Source of the DNA: Candidatus Omnitrophota bacterium
GTDB lineage: Bacteria; Omnitrophota; Gorgyraeia; Aquiviventales; Aquiviventaceae
NCBI GenBank assembly: GCA_023247215.1
Contig: JAHFGX010000002.1
Coordinates: forward strand, 1 to 60,209
Reading direction: 5' to 3'
Length of the DNA stretch: 60,209 bases
In this document: one piece after another, positions 12,146 to 22,053 of the stretch
How positions within the stretch are numbered: position 1 is the stretch's first letter
How the letters are laid out: the number at the start of each line of letters is the position of its first letter
Made by a program: the position numbers and the translations under genes
The notes under the pieces: model-generated
Seen by the model: only the letters and a program-made list of their open reading frames with translations
Told to the model about the DNA's origin: nothing
Databases searched by the model: none

Positions 12146-12415
12146 ATGCGGAAGATCAAGCAGGGAATGGCGACGCTGGGATTGGCGTGCGTGCTCGGCG
12201 GCTGCGCGGCCGGGGCGTGGTATGGCAACCCCGCTCAGCCGAACATGGCGACGATTCACATCGGCATGACCAAGGATGAAGCCAGGAGCCTCTTGGGTCC
12301 GCCGTCGAACACGCTGGCACAGCAGCTTCCCGGTGTGCTGGTGGAAACGTGGAAATACACGGGCCGGACGCTGATCTTTCACAACGGCGTGTTGCAGTCG
12401 GTCGTGACCTATTGA
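12146..12415 (+). CDS. lipoprotein with BamE/SmpA-OmlA-like domain
   Basis: Lipobox LGGC after a signal sequence; the GMTKDEARSLLGPP motif is typical of the SmpA/OmlA fold. Confidence 0.55.
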   Translation: MRKIKQGMATLGLACVLGGCAAGAWYGNPAQPNMATIHIGMTKDEARSLLGPPSNTLAQQLPGVLVETWKYTGRTLIFHNGVLQSVVTY

Positions 12416-12439
12416 GTGAAGGCGCAAAAAGGAGGAGCC

Positions 12440-12919
12440 ATGGGACGTCGTGGACGAGAGATCCTGGATACGCCGGTCGAGCCGATTCTGAAGGCGCTGC
12501 GGGCTGCGTACGCAGATGAGTGGCTGGCGCACTACTACTACCTGCACGCCGCGCAGGTGGCGACTGGGATCAACGCGCCGCAGGTGGCGGGCATGCTGAC
12601 CACGCGTGCCGGGGAGGAGCTGACGCATGCCACCCGGCTGGGCGAGCGGATCCTGGAGCTGGGCGGGACGCTGCCGGCGGATTGGGCGGACGTCCCGAAG
12701 CTGTCCAACAGCAAGCGCATCGAGTTTCCGCGGAAGACGTCGGACATGATCGGCCTCCTGAAGGCGGTGCTGAAGGCGGAGCGCAGCGCGATCAATGCGT
12801 ACCAGGAGCTCTCCCGCATGACTCGCCATCGGGATACGGTCACGCATGAGCTGGCCGAAGATCTTTTGGCGGATGAAGTGAGGGACGAGGAGCACACGGA
12901 GAACCTGATCGGCGATTAA
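12440..12919 (+). CDS. ferritin-like (bacterioferritin/Dps-like) protein
   Basis: Strong AGGAGG Shine-Dalgarno before the ATG at 12440. Di-iron-type helices with E..H motifs (GEELTHATRLGERILELGG; LKAERSAINAY; DEEHTENL). Confidence 0.7.
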   Translation: MGRRGREILDTPVEPILKALRAAYADEWLAHYYYLHAAQVATGINAPQVAGMLTTRAGEELTHATRLGERILELGGTLPADWADVPKLSNSKRIEFPRKTSDMIGLLKAVLKAERSAINAYQELSRMTRHRDTVTHELAEDLLADEVRDEEHTENLIGD

Positions 12920-12946
12920 CCGCCAGCGATCGTCGGAAGCAAGCGC

Positions 12947-12975
12947 GTCGCCGGCCTTTGGGTCGGCGGCATTTT
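12947..12975 (+). terminator. terminator hairpin between convergent genes
   Basis: GTCGCCGGCC-tttg-GGTCGGCGGC stem (with two G:U pairs) followed by ATTTT. Confidence 0.5.
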
Positions 12976-12976
12976 G

Positions 12977-13372
12977 TTAATTGATGGGTTTTGCGGCGGG
13001 GCAGCAGCCGTGGACGAGCCGTTCGAGTTGGGACAGATTGATGGGTTTGGGAATATAGAAATCCACGCCGAGCTGGAGCGCGCCTTTGATGACCTCGTCA
13101 TGATCGGCCGCGCTGAGCATGATCACCTTGGGAGGAGGATGCAGTTGTTTCAGCGCCTTCAGGGTCTCAATGCCGTTCATGCCTGGCATGAGGAGATCGA
13201 GCAGGACGATATCCGGAGGGAAGACATTCGTCAGCGCGAGGGCTTCATCTCCTCGCCGGGCGGACCGGACCTCGTAGCCGCGGGAAGAAAAATGCTTCGA
13301 CAGCACGTGGCCGATGCGTTCCTCATCGTCCACCACCAGCATGCGAGGCGGGCGCTCAATCGGGGGGGCCAT
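12977..13372 (-). CDS. single-domain response regulator (REC)
   Basis: MLVVDDEE, phospho-acceptor LLDLLMPGMNG, MLSA and KPI motifs. Start chosen at 13372 because TATAAT lies 7 nt upstream on the minus strand; the ORF track extends to 13453. Confidence 0.7.
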   Translation of the reverse strand: MAPPIERPPRMLVVDDEERIGHVLSKHFSSRGYEVRSARRGDEALALTNVFPPDIVLLDLLMPGMNGIETLKALKQLHPPPKVIMLSAADHDEVIKGALQLGVDFYIPKPINLSQLERLVHGCCPAAKPIN

Positions 13373-13379
13373 GGGGTGT

Positions 13380-13409
13380 ATTATACCGAGTGGCGGGACT
13401 GCTGCGCAA
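13380..13409 (-). promoter_or_regulatory. candidate promoter TTGCGC-N18-TATAAT, leaderless REC gene
   Basis: Minus-strand TATAAT at 13385-13380, followed by 7 nt and then the ATG (13372). Confidence 0.4.
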
Positions 13410-13520
13410 ATATTGGGCGGGATGGCTTGACGCTGGTTTGCCTCCTCAGGCATACTCCTTCATAGAAGCGCTCAACGGACCATACTGGATGTCATCGGAG
13501 CGCATGGCAGGGAGGGGAAG

Positions 13521-13874
13521 ATGAAGCGCCTTCTGGAATGGCTGGTGGAAATGGTGCTCGCGGCGATGATCGGGTTGTGCGGGGCTGCGTTGGCCGCGTG
13601 GGCGGAGAGCCGGCCGATCCAAGAGCTGCCGAAAGATGTGGTGCACTGGTCTACGGTGTGGACGGAGATCCCCAAGCAGATGGTCGAGGTGAATCGCGAC
13701 CTGGGTCCCTTGGCGGCGTTGACGTGGGGCCCGGCGAAGGGCACCGTGGCCATGGTGCGGACCACGGGCGAAGCGCTTTGGAACACCATGAAAACCGAGG
13801 GTAGCGCGCCGCCCCGTTCCTCAGATGTGCGCGCCAAGGGCATCAACGGCCCAATTGTCCGCTACGAGTTTTAA
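13521..13874 (+). CDS. secreted small protein, TIGR04073 (exosortase-associated)-like
   Basis: Signal/TM at the N-terminus. The W.EIPKQ and G..KG...R...G motifs recall TIGR04073. GGGAGGGG Shine-Dalgarno. Confidence 0.35.
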   Translation: MKRLLEWLVEMVLAAMIGLCGAALAAWAESRPIQELPKDVVHWSTVWTEIPKQMVEVNRDLGPLAALTWGPAKGTVAMVRTTGEALWNTMKTEGSAPPRSSDVRAKGINGPIVRYEF

Positions 13875-13882
13875 GTGAGCTG

Positions 13883-13910
13883 CCGCCAATGGAGTGATTG
13901 GCGGTTTTTT
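13883..13910 (+). terminator. rho-independent terminator
   Basis: CCGCCAAT-ggagtg-ATTGGCGG followed by TTTTTT. Confidence 0.75.
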
Positions 13911-13916
13911 CTACCC

Positions 13917-13946
13917 TTGAAAGTAGACAGATGTCTACTATATAAT
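13917..13946 (+). promoter_or_regulatory. promoter TTGAAA-N18-TATAAT with an 18-bp palindromic operator in the spacer
   Basis: TTGAAA at 13917-13922 and TATAAT at 13941-13946. The palindrome AGTAGACA-ga-TGTCTACT (13922-13939) fills the spacer; the ATG is 10 nt after the -10. Confidence 0.5.
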
Positions 13947-13956
13947 ACACTTCGTC

Positions 13957-14988
13957 ATGGAACCTGCCCGCGTGTGGAATCCGCCAAACCCCTATCTCAC
14001 TGAGCATCGGGAGCTGCTGGGCGAGCCGCCGGCCGCCGAGCTGGAAATCTACGAGGACCATTCCCAATCCATCCTGTCGCAGAATGACAGTCCGGACGTC
14101 GGTTTTCGATGGAGCGTCAACCCGTATCGAGGCTGCTTTCATGCCTGCGCCTACTGCTACGCTCGACCCACCCATGAATATTTCGGGCTCGGAGCGGGGA
14201 CGGACTTCGAGCGCAAGATCATCGTGAAACCCCGCGCGCCCGAATTACTGAAGGAAGCGTTTCGGCGGCCCTCGTGGAAGGGAGACGTCGTGGTCTTCTC
14301 CGGCGTGACGGATTGCTATCAGCCGATCGAGGCCGTGTATCAACTGACCAGGAAATGTTTAGAAGTCTGCCGGGATTTTCGCAACCCGGTGGGGATCATC
14401 ACGAAATCGCTGCTGATCCGCCGGGATGCCGGCCTGCTGGCGGAGTTGGCGCGGGAAGCGTCGGCGCGGGTCAGCCTGAGCATTGCGTTTCGGGACGAGG
14501 AGGTCGTGCGGGCGATCGAGCCGGGGACGCCAACCATTCGGAAGCGGTTTGAAACCATGCGCATCCTGGCGGATGCCGGCGTGCCGGTCGCCATCGGCGT
14601 GGCCCCGATTATCCCGGGGCTGAATGACCAAGATATTCCCTGGCTGCTGAATGAGGCCAAGCGGTGCGGAGCGATGGGGGCGTTTCACACGCTGGTGCGC
14701 CTCCCTGGGAGCGTCAAGGCGGTGTTTTTCCACCGGCTGGAGAAGGCGCTGCCGCTGCGGGCGAGAAAGATTGAGCACCGGATCCGGGGGGTCCGCGGCG
14801 GGAAGTTGTCGGACCCGCGTTTCGGCTCGCGGCATCGTGGCGAGGGCGTCTACTGGGACGCGATTGAGCAGACGTGGGCGTTGTGGATGCGCCGGCTGGG
14901 CTGGGATCAGGAGGATGAGGAGATGCCGCGGCCCTCCACTTTTCTCCGCCCTCCACGGCCGACCGCACAGCTGGAAATTGCCTGGTGA
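13957..14988 (+). CDS. PA0069-family radical SAM protein (SplB/DNA-photolyase-like)
   Basis: VNPYRGCFHACAYCYARPTHEY CxxxCxxC cluster motif; the length and overall pattern fit this family. Confidence 0.8.
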   Translation: MEPARVWNPPNPYLTEHRELLGEPPAAELEIYEDHSQSILSQNDSPDVGFRWSVNPYRGCFHACAYCYARPTHEYFGLGAGTDFERKIIVKPRAPELLKEAFRRPSWKGDVVVFSGVTDCYQPIEAVYQLTRKCLEVCRDFRNPVGIITKSLLIRRDAGLLAELAREASARVSLSIAFRDEEVVRAIEPGTPTIRKRFETMRILADAGVPVAIGVAPIIPGLNDQDIPWLLNEAKRCGAMGAFHTLVRLPGSVKAVFFHRLEKALPLRARKIEHRIRGVRGGKLSDPRFGSRHRGEGVYWDAIEQTWALWMRRLGWDQEDEEMPRPSTFLRPPRPTAQLEIAW

Positions 14989-14992
14989 CGGC

Positions 14993-15021
14993 TTGGCCGG
15001 CGTCGGGAACTTTGTTATACT
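14993..15021 (+). promoter_or_regulatory. candidate promoter TTGGCC-N17-TATACT (leaderless yebC)
   Basis: The -10 at 15016-15021 lies 9 nt upstream of the ATG at 15031, and there is no Shine-Dalgarno. Confidence 0.4.
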
Positions 15022-15030
15022 ACCGACGAC

Positions 15031-15792
15031 ATGGCCGGGCATTCCAAATGGTCGGGCATCAAGCACAAAAAAGCAATTGTGGATGCCCAACGAAGCAAGG
15101 CGTTCACCAAAGTGGTCCGCGAGATCACCGTGGCCGCCAAGCTCGGCGGCGGGTTGCCTGAGGGCAACTCCCGGCTGCGCATGGCCATGAGCAAAGCCCG
15201 CGAAGTCAACCTTCCCAAGGATAAGATCGAGCAAGCCATCAAAAAAGGCACCGGCGAGCTGCCCGGCGTTTCCTACGAGGAGACGGGGTTGGAAGGCTAC
15301 GGCCCCGGCGGGGTGGCGGTCCTGGTGCAAGCGCTGACCGACAATAAGAACCGCACCGCGGCGGAGCTGCGCAGCCTCTTCACCAGGCATGGCGGCAATG
15401 TGGCGGGCGCCGGAAGCGTGTCCTGGATCTTCCAGAAGAAGGGTTCCATCCTCGTGTCCGTGAAGGCGGCGGAAGAAGACCGGTTGATGACGATCGCGCT
15501 CGACGCTGGAGCGGAAGATTTCTCGAAGGATAGCGACAGCTACACGATCCTGACCGATCCGCAGCACTTGGAATCCGTCAAGCAGGCGTTGAGCGCGCAG
15601 CACATCGCCTGGGAGTCGGCGGACCTGACCTTGGTGGCGTCCTCGACGGTGCGGGTGGATCATCCGGGACACGCCAACCAGTTGCTGGCCCTGCTGGATG
15701 ATTTGGAAGACCACGACGACGTCCAGCACGTCTACGCGAATTTCGATATTCCCGACGCCATCTTGGCCGCGCATGCGGCGTCGGCGTCATGA
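15031..15792 (+). CDS. yebC: YebC/PmpR family DNA-binding transcriptional regulator
   Basis: The MAGHSKWSGIKHKKA N-terminus is diagnostic; it is followed by ruvCAB as in many bacteria. Confidence 0.9.
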   Translation: MAGHSKWSGIKHKKAIVDAQRSKAFTKVVREITVAAKLGGGLPEGNSRLRMAMSKAREVNLPKDKIEQAIKKGTGELPGVSYEETGLEGYGPGGVAVLVQALTDNKNRTAAELRSLFTRHGGNVAGAGSVSWIFQKKGSILVSVKAAEEDRLMTIALDAGAEDFSKDSDSYTILTDPQHLESVKQALSAQHIAWESADLTLVASSTVRVDHPGHANQLLALLDDLEDHDDVQHVYANFDIPDAILAAHAASAS

Positions 15793-16340
15793 GGATCCTC
15801 GGGGTTGATCCCGGGTTGAACGCCACCGGCTACGGCGTCATTGATGCCGATGCCGGCACGTTGCGCGTGGTGACGGCCGGGGTGGTCCGGCCGCCGGCCC
15901 GGCACGCCTTGGGGCAGCGGTTGCGGATGTTGTACGACGTGCTAGCCGGCGTGATCGCAGCAGAGCAGCCGGCGTTGACGATCTTGGAAGCGATCTACAC
16001 GCACCACGAGTACCTGACCACTGCCACGCTGATGGGGCACGCCCGCGGAGTCGTGTGTTTGGCCAGCGCCCAGCACGGGCTGCCGATCGTCGAATATTTC
16101 CCCACGCATGTGAAGAAGGCTGTCACCGGACACGGGGGGGCCTCGAAGGACCAGGTGGCGCGCATGGTCGGTACGTGGCTCCAGACGGACACGTCCACGC
16201 TGGCGGCCGATACGACTGATGCGCTCGCATTGGCCGTGGCCCATGCGCAGCTGAACCGAGACGCGCTGCCGGAGGCCGGTGGGCGGCGCGCGCCTCGACG
16301 GCGGACCGCGCGAAAGCTCCAGGAGATTACCGTCGGATGA
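15789..16340 (+). CDS. ruvC: crossover junction endodeoxyribonuclease RuvC
   Basis: MRILGVDPGL..TGYGVI N-terminus and conserved acidic residues; overlaps the yebC stop. Confidence 0.9.
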   Translation: MRILGVDPGLNATGYGVIDADAGTLRVVTAGVVRPPARHALGQRLRMLYDVLAGVIAAEQPALTILEAIYTHHEYLTTATLMGHARGVVCLASAQHGLPIVEYFPTHVKKAVTGHGGASKDQVARMVGTWLQTDTSTLAADTTDALALAVAHAQLNRDALPEAGGRRAPRRRTARKLQEITVG

Positions 16341-17041
16341 TTTGCCGGTTGCGCGGCGTGGTGCGGGAGCACGCCGAGGCCCATGTGGTGATGGAGGTGC
16401 AGGGCGTCTCCTACCACGTGCTCATCCCGCCGTCCATCCTGCAGCAGCTCGCCGAGAAGCTTGGGGCGTCCGGCGACCTGGAGTTGGTGACCTATCACTA
16501 CCAGCAGTTGGAGCCCGGGAAGGCCTTCTCGGTGCTGATCGGCTTCGCCAATGAGATTGAACGGGAGTTTTTCGAGCGGTTCATCACCGTCTCCGGCGTG
16601 GGCCCGAAAGCGGCGTTGCGCGCCTTCACCCGGCCGATCCCGGTGATTGCCCGCGCCATTGACGAAGGGAACTTGGCGTTGTTGAAGTCGCTGCCCGGCA
16701 TCGGCGAGCAGCGCGCCAAAGAGATCGTTGCCAAGCTGCAGGGCAAAGTGGGGAAGTTCGCGCTGATGCACGCCAAGGCGGAGATGCCGGCGCCGGCCGC
16801 GTCGAAGGACGCGCCGGAGGCGGTGATCGAAGCGGAAGCCCTCTCCATCCTCGTGCAGCTCGAATACACCAAGCCCGAAGCCAAGCAGATGATTCAAGAC
16901 GCCCTCGCGCGCAATCCCCGCCTGCAGACCGCCGAGGAGCTGCTGAACGAAGTATACCGGCAGCGTTTGGCTGAGCCATCCAGGTCCGCCGCGGCCTCCT
17001 CCAAACCGTTGCGGGCCCGCCTGCAGGAGCAGCCCACATGA
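16337..17041 (+). CDS. ruvA: Holliday junction DNA helicase RuvA
   Basis: MICRLRG... OB domain, HhH motifs [13 protein letters not shown], and C-terminal domain III. Confidence 0.9.
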   Translation: MICRLRGVVREHAEAHVVMEVQGVSYHVLIPPSILQQLAEKLGASGDLELVTYHYQQLEPGKAFSVLIGFANEIEREFFERFITVSGVGPKAALRAFTRPIPVIARAIDEGNLALLKSLPGIGEQRAKEIVAKLQGKVGKFALMHAKAEMPAPAASKDAPEAVIEAEALSILVQLEYTKPEAKQMIQDALARNPRLQTAEELLNEVYRQRLAEPSRSAAASSKPLRARLQEQPT

Positions 17042-18099
17042 CCTCCCGGCCTCGCGCGGTTGAGCCGGCGGCATTCCGCCCGCCGGTGCAGGAAACCGAA
17101 GAAGACCAGATTCTCAACATGAGCCTGCGCCCCAAGCGGTTCGAAGAGTTCGTGGGGCAGGCCTCGGTGGTGGAGAACCTGCGCGTGGCGGTCCAGGCGG
17201 CGACGCGACGCCAGGAAGCGCTGGAGCACCTGTTGCTGGCCGGCCCGCCGGGGCTGGGGAAAACCAGCTTAGCCCACATCGTGGCGCAGGAGATGGGAGC
17301 GAAAATCACCGCGACCAGCGGGCCGGCGATCGAGCGGGCCGGCGACCTGATCGGCGTGCTGACCAACCTGGGGCCGGGCGACGTCCTGTTCATTGACGAA
17401 ATCCACCGCCTCTCCAAGGTCGTCGAAGAATTTCTGTATCCGGCGATGGAGGACTTCAAGATTGACTTCATCGTGGACAAGGGGCCGTACGCGAAGACCA
17501 TCAAGTTTCACTTGAAGCGCTTTACGCTCATCGGGGCCACCACGCGCGCAGGGCTGCTGTCCAATCCGCTGCGCAGCCGGTTCGGCATGGTGTATCATCT
17601 GGATTTTTATCAGCCGCAGGAGCTGGAAGAGGTCGTGCGGCGTTCGGCGGCGATCCTCGGGATCAATGTGGAGGCGGCGGCGTGCGCCGAGATCGCGCGG
17701 CGATCCCGCGGCACGCCGCGGGTCGCGAACCGCTTGCTGCGGCGCGTGCGGGACTATGCCCAGGTGAAAGCGTCGGCGCGCATCACGGCGGAGGTGGCCG
17801 AGTCGGCGTTGGCGGCGCAGGGGGTGGACGGGTTCGGATTGGACCCGATTGACCGCAAGGTGCTGCGCACGATCGTGGAGTTCTACAGCGGCGGGCCGGT
17901 CGGCATTGAAGCGCTGGCGGCGTCGCTGAATGAAGAGCCGGATACCATCGTGGACGTGGTGGAGCCATTCTTGCTGTCCGCGGGATTGGTCAAGCGCACA
18001 GCCCGGGGCCGCAAGGCCACGCGATTGGCCTACGAACACCTCTCCAAGTTAAAGCGGGAGCCGCTGCCGCTGGCGTCCTCAGCGAGTGCGGCGGCGTGA
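17038..18099 (+). CDS. ruvB: Holliday junction DNA helicase RuvB
   Basis: [12 protein letters not shown], Walker [12 protein letters not shown], Walker [25 protein letters not shown]. Confidence 0.95.
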   Translation: MTSRPRAVEPAAFRPPVQETEEDQILNMSLRPKRFEEFVGQASVVENLRVAVQAATRRQEALEHLLLAGPPGLGKTSLAHIVAQEMGAKITATSGPAIERAGDLIGVLTNLGPGDVLFIDEIHRLSKVVEEFLYPAMEDFKIDFIVDKGPYAKTIKFHLKRFTLIGATTRAGLLSNPLRSRFGMVYHLDFYQPQELEEVVRRSAAILGINVEAAACAEIARRSRGTPRVANRLLRRVRDYAQVKASARITAEVAESALAAQGVDGFGLDPIDRKVLRTIVEFYSGGPVGIEALAASLNEEPDTIVDVVEPFLLSAGLVKRTARGRKATRLAYEHLSKLKREPLPLASSASAAA

Positions 18100-18117
18100 C
18101 GCAGGCGGAGGCGGCGA

Positions 18118-18339
18118 GTGGATGGGATTGGGCGGGCGCTCATCGGGTTGGGAGCGCTGCTGGTCGTCGCTGGCGCGATCGTACTGGCTGCGCCGAAAGC
18201 GCCGTGGTTGGGGCGCCTGCCGGGAGATCTCCTGATCCAGCGTCCGGGATTCACCGTGTTCATCCCGCTGGGCAGTTGCCTGGTGGTCAGCGTGCTGCTG
18301 AGCATCGTCCTGTGGGTCCTCAGCCGGTTTCGATCATGA
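18118..18339 (+). CDS. DUF2905 family small membrane protein
   Basis: 73 aa; the LGRLPGDLLIQRPGFTVFIPLGSCLVVS motif is typical of DUF2905. Confidence 0.65.
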   Translation: MDGIGRALIGLGALLVVAGAIVLAAPKAPWLGRLPGDLLIQRPGFTVFIPLGSCLVVSVLLSIVLWVLSRFRS

Positions 18340-19541
18340 ACACCTGGCGGCGCGCGGCGCTGGGTCTCCTGGTGGCCGGCGGGATCGGAGCGCCGTCCGC
18401 CGGCGCCGCCATGCAGATAGCGGCGGATTCGCCCGGCCTGATGCGCATCGCCATCGCGCAGGGCGAGCCGCAAGTGGAGCTGACCGTGACGGGACAGTTC
18501 CGGTTGACCGATGCGGCAACCGATGAGGTGCTGCGCTACCGCCCGCGGATGCCCCAGATCACCTTCCGGGCCGTCCCTGAGGGGATCCTGATGGGCACGC
18601 AGTTGATGCCGGTGCTCGAACTCATGATCGAACCGATTGAGGATGCGACGGTTCGGCTGCGCGGGCAGCGGTTTCGGGGAGCCGTCTCCGTGGTGCGGCA
18701 GCCGAATCAGACCCTGCTGATCGTCAACCACGTGGATTTGGAAGACTACCTCCGGGGGGTCCTGGCCAAAGAAGCACCGGATTACTGGCCGAGCGAAGCG
18801 CTCAAGGCCATGGCGATCGCGTCGCGAACCTACGCGCTCTTTCAGCGGTTATCGAAGAACGACGCCGCGTATGACGTGACGGCCGATGTCATGTCGCAGC
18901 TCTACGGCGGCAAGAGCGCCGAGCGCTGGCGGACGAGCCGGGCGGTGCGGGACACGCGCGGGCTGGTGTTGACCTACCACGGAGCGATTTTCCCGGCATT
19001 TTTCCACTCCACATGCGGCGGCATGACGGAACGGGGCAGCGTCATGGGCAACGCGTATGACATTGAGCCCCTGCGGGGCGGGGTGGCCTGTTCCTTTTGC
19101 GATGAGTCGCCATTTTATCGCTGGCAGCGTCGCCTGACCAAGGGGGACATCGTCTGGGCGATGAAGCAGCAACAGCGCCCTTCGGTGTGGCCGCTGGACC
19201 GCGTCGAGGCGACGAAGTTCACGCCGAGCGGCCGGGTGGCGGAGCTCGCGATCGTGGGCGGGGGCCAGCAAGTGGCGCTGACCGGGTATGACTTCCGGGC
19301 GCTGCTGGGGTTTGACCGTATCCGCAGCACGTGGCTGCAGTTTGTCCAGGAAGGGGACGACATCGTGATCGAAGGCCGCGGCTGGGGGCACGGCGTTGGG
19401 TTGTGCCAATGGGGCACGGCCAAGCTGGCCCGCCGCGGGATGTCCGCCCGCGAGATTCTCTCGTTTTACTATCCTGCGGCCGAGGTGGCCGCGCTGAAGG
19501 ACGTCAATTTCACACCACTCGTCTCGTCTGGAGGATCGTGA
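18336..19541 (+). CDS. SpoIID/LytB domain protein
   Basis: Start at ATG 18336 (ATGA overlap), signal peptide, and YLRGVLAKEAP...EALKAMAIASRTYAL...FHSTCGGMTE. Confidence 0.8.
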   Translation: MNTWRRAALGLLVAGGIGAPSAGAAMQIAADSPGLMRIAIAQGEPQVELTVTGQFRLTDAATDEVLRYRPRMPQITFRAVPEGILMGTQLMPVLELMIEPIEDATVRLRGQRFRGAVSVVRQPNQTLLIVNHVDLEDYLRGVLAKEAPDYWPSEALKAMAIASRTYALFQRLSKNDAAYDVTADVMSQLYGGKSAERWRTSRAVRDTRGLVLTYHGAIFPAFFHSTCGGMTERGSVMGNAYDIEPLRGGVACSFCDESPFYRWQRRLTKGDIVWAMKQQQRPSVWPLDRVEATKFTPSGRVAELAIVGGGQQVALTGYDFRALLGFDRIRSTWLQFVQEGDDIVIEGRGWGHGVGLCQWGTAKLARRGMSAREILSFYYPAAEVAALKDVNFTPLVSSGGS

Positions 19542-19822
19542 TGCCGCCGCAAGCCGCGCCGAACCCGTTGTCCATGCTGTTGCCATTCGCCATGATGTTT
19601 GTGATTTTCTACGTGCTAGTCTTCCGGCCGCAGCAGACGGCCCGCCGGCAGCACCAGCAGCTGCTGGCCAATCTCAAAAAGAACGACGAGGTCGTGACGG
19701 CCGGCGGTCTCTTCGGCACGGTCATGAACGTCAAGCCTGAGGCCGTGACCTTGCGGATTGACGAAAACGTGCGGGTAGAGGTCGAGAAATCATCCATCTC
19801 ACGCGTGGTGAAGAGCGCGTGA
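19541..19822 (+). CDS. yajC: preprotein translocase subunit YajC
   Basis: MFVIFYVLVFRPQQ...L.KNDEVVTAGGLFGTV signature. The start overlaps the upstream stop. Confidence 0.85.
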   Translation: MPPQAAPNPLSMLLPFAMMFVIFYVLVFRPQQTARRQHQQLLANLKKNDEVVTAGGLFGTVMNVKPEAVTLRIDENVRVEVEKSSISRVVKSA

Positions 19823-22032
19823 TGTTTCCTTCCAGCTTCAAGTGGCGCGTGCCGGTGATCCTGACGGTCCTCGCGTGGGCGGTCTGGTTTGCCTTTCCGC
19901 TTTCCCAACGGATCGCGCTGGGGCTCGATCTCCAAGGCGGGATGCACTTGGTGCTGCGGGTGGACACGAGCACGCTGCCGCCCAGCGCCGCCCAGCGCGA
20001 CGTGGCCGGCGTGGCCGTGGAAATTCTCCGCAACCGCATTGACCAGTTTGGCGTGCGGGAGCCGCTCATCCAGCGCCAGGGAACAGACCGCATCCTGGTG
20101 CAGCTGCCAGGCGTGACGAACCGGGAGCGGGCGTTAAAGCTCATCGGCCAGACCGCCATGCTGGAGTTCAAGCTGGTTTCCGAAAACCCTGGCGTGCTGG
20201 AGCGGGCCCTCAAGGGGGAGGCGGTAGCCGGATATGAGCTGCGGGAAATGGCGGATGGCAGCCCGATCCTCCTGGACCAGGAAGGGGTGTTGACCGGCTC
20301 GATCCTCTCGGATGCCTATGTCGAGCCGGGCGAGATGGGGCTGCCCGACGTGAGCTTCCGGTTGAACCGGGAGGGGGCGAAGGTGTTCTCCCAATTGACG
20401 GGCGCGAACGTCGGCCGACGGCTGGCCATCGTGCTGGATGGCAAGGTGCAGTCAGCGCCCGTCATCCAAAGCCGCATCAGCGATGCGGGGCGGATCACGG
20501 GCCGGTTCACGCGGCAGGAGGCCAACGATCTGGCCATCGTGCTGCGGGCCGGCGCGTTGCCGGCGCCGATCGTGATCGAGGAAGAGCGGACGGTCGGGCC
20601 CACCCTTGGCAGAGACTCCATCCGCGCCGGGTTGATGGCGACGGCGGCCGGCGGCCTCCTGGTGGCGGTCTTTATGGTGGGATATTATTGGGTGGCCGGG
20701 GTGGTGGCGGTGCTCGCGCTGGCGTTCAACTTGCTGTTGATCCTCGGTTCATTAGGTTATTTACATGCGACGCTGACGCTACCCGGCATCGCCGGCATGA
20801 TCCTGACCTTGGGGATGGCGGTGGATGCCAACGTGCTGATTTACGAGCGGATCCGCGAGGAGCTGGCGGCGGGACGGCCATTGAGCCTGGCCGTGGCGGC
20901 CGGTTACGAGAAAGCGTTCAGCGCCATCCTAGATTCGAACCTCACCACCGTCGTAGCCGCGGTCTTTCTCTACTGGTTCGGCACCGGTCCCATTCGGGGA
21001 TTTGCGACGACGTTGACCGTGGGTCTGCTGGCCAGCATGTTCACCGCCGTGTTCGTCACGCGGGTGATCTTTGATATCCTGTTGGTCTCCCCGCGGTTCA
21101 CCAAGCTGCCGATGGCGCATCTGATCCGGCAGCCCCGGATGGACTTCATCGGCAAGCGGTGGATCTGCTATACGCTGTCGTTGCTGGCTATCCTTGCCGG
21201 CGTCCTGGGTTTCATCCGGCGCGGGCCGGAGCGGTACGGCATTGACTTCACCGGCGGGCTGCTCCAGCAATATACGTTCAACGCGCCGGTCAGCGCGGAT
21301 CAACTGCGCTCGACGCTGGCGAAAGTCGGGATGGAGGACGCGGTGATCCAAGAGTTCGGCTCTCCAACCGACTGGCTGGTCCGCACGTCTGATACCGCCG
21401 AGGCGAACATTCAGAGCGCCATGGCGAGGACGCGGGAAGCCCTGGTGGCGGACTACGGCCAGCGCGCGGCGCCGGAGCTGGTCCGGTTGGAGCGCGTGGG
21501 TCCGACGGTGGGGGAGATCCTGCGCAAAAAGGCCTGGTTGGCGATCGCCTGGTCCATGATCGGGATCCTCCTCTACGTGTTGGTGCGGTTCAAGCACTTC
21601 GACTTCGCGCTGGCCGGGGTGCTCGCCCTGGTCCACGACGTGGTGGTTGCGGTCGGGTTCATGTGCTTGACACACCGGCCGATTGATCTGACTATCATCG
21701 CCGCACTGCTGACCATCGCCGGCTTCTCCATCAACGACACCATCGTCATCTACGACCGGGTCCGCGAGAACATGCGCCTGAGCCGCAAGATGAGCCTGGC
21801 GGAGATCATTAATCTCAGCGTGAACCAGTGCATGGGCCGGACGCTGCTGACGTCGCTGACCGTGGTCGCCGAGGTGCTGGCGTTGTATTGGTTCGGCGGG
21901 GACGTGCTGCGTGACTTCGCGTTCTGCTTGCTGATCGGGTTCATCTCCGGCGTCTATTCCACCGTCTATATCGCGTCGGCGCTGGTGATCAGCTGGCGGC
22001 GCCTGTTTCAGCCGGCGCCGGCTCGCAGTTGA
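19819..22032 (+). CDS. secDF: protein translocase subunit SecDF (fused)
   Basis: 737 aa with a SecD periplasmic domain plus 6 TM (GLDLQGG, GPTLG), then a SecF half (GIDFTGG, INDTIVIYDRVRE). Confidence 0.9.
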   Translation: MMFPSSFKWRVPVILTVLAWAVWFAFPLSQRIALGLDLQGGMHLVLRVDTSTLPPSAAQRDVAGVAVEILRNRIDQFGVREPLIQRQGTDRILVQLPGVTNRERALKLIGQTAMLEFKLVSENPGVLERALKGEAVAGYELREMADGSPILLDQEGVLTGSILSDAYVEPGEMGLPDVSFRLNREGAKVFSQLTGANVGRRLAIVLDGKVQSAPVIQSRISDAGRITGRFTRQEANDLAIVLRAGALPAPIVIEEERTVGPTLGRDSIRAGLMATAAGGLLVAVFMVGYYWVAGVVAVLALAFNLLLILGSLGYLHATLTLPGIAGMILTLGMAVDANVLIYERIREELAAGRPLSLAVAAGYEKAFSAILDSNLTTVVAAVFLYWFGTGPIRGFATTLTVGLLASMFTAVFVTRVIFDILLVSPRFTKLPMAHLIRQPRMDFIGKRWICYTLSLLAILAGVLGFIRRGPERYGIDFTGGLLQQYTFNAPVSADQLRSTLAKVGMEDAVIQEFGSPTDWLVRTSDTAEANIQSAMARTREALVADYGQRAAPELVRLERVGPTVGEILRKKAWLAIAWSMIGILLYVLVRFKHFDFALAGVLALVHDVVVAVGFMCLTHRPIDLTIIAALLTIAGFSINDTIVIYDRVRENMRLSRKMSLAEIINLSVNQCMGRTLLTSLTVVAEVLALYWFGGDVLRDFAFCLLIGFISGVYSTVYIASALVISWRRLFQPAPARS

Positions 22033-22053
22033 CGTTCAAAAACGAGGGGCGGA

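Noticed and set aside
11594-12895. Long antisense ORFs such as 11594-12895(-), 14359-15774(-), 15995-17074(-), 28762-30084(-), 55412-56959(-) and 57243-58811(-).
   Set aside because: They lie opposite well-supported genes (ferritin-like, radical SAM/yebC, ruvCA, fabH, smc, ribBA). Their translations are Arg/Pro/Gly/His-rich low-complexity strings with no recognisable motifs, which is typical of shadow ORFs in high-GC DNA.
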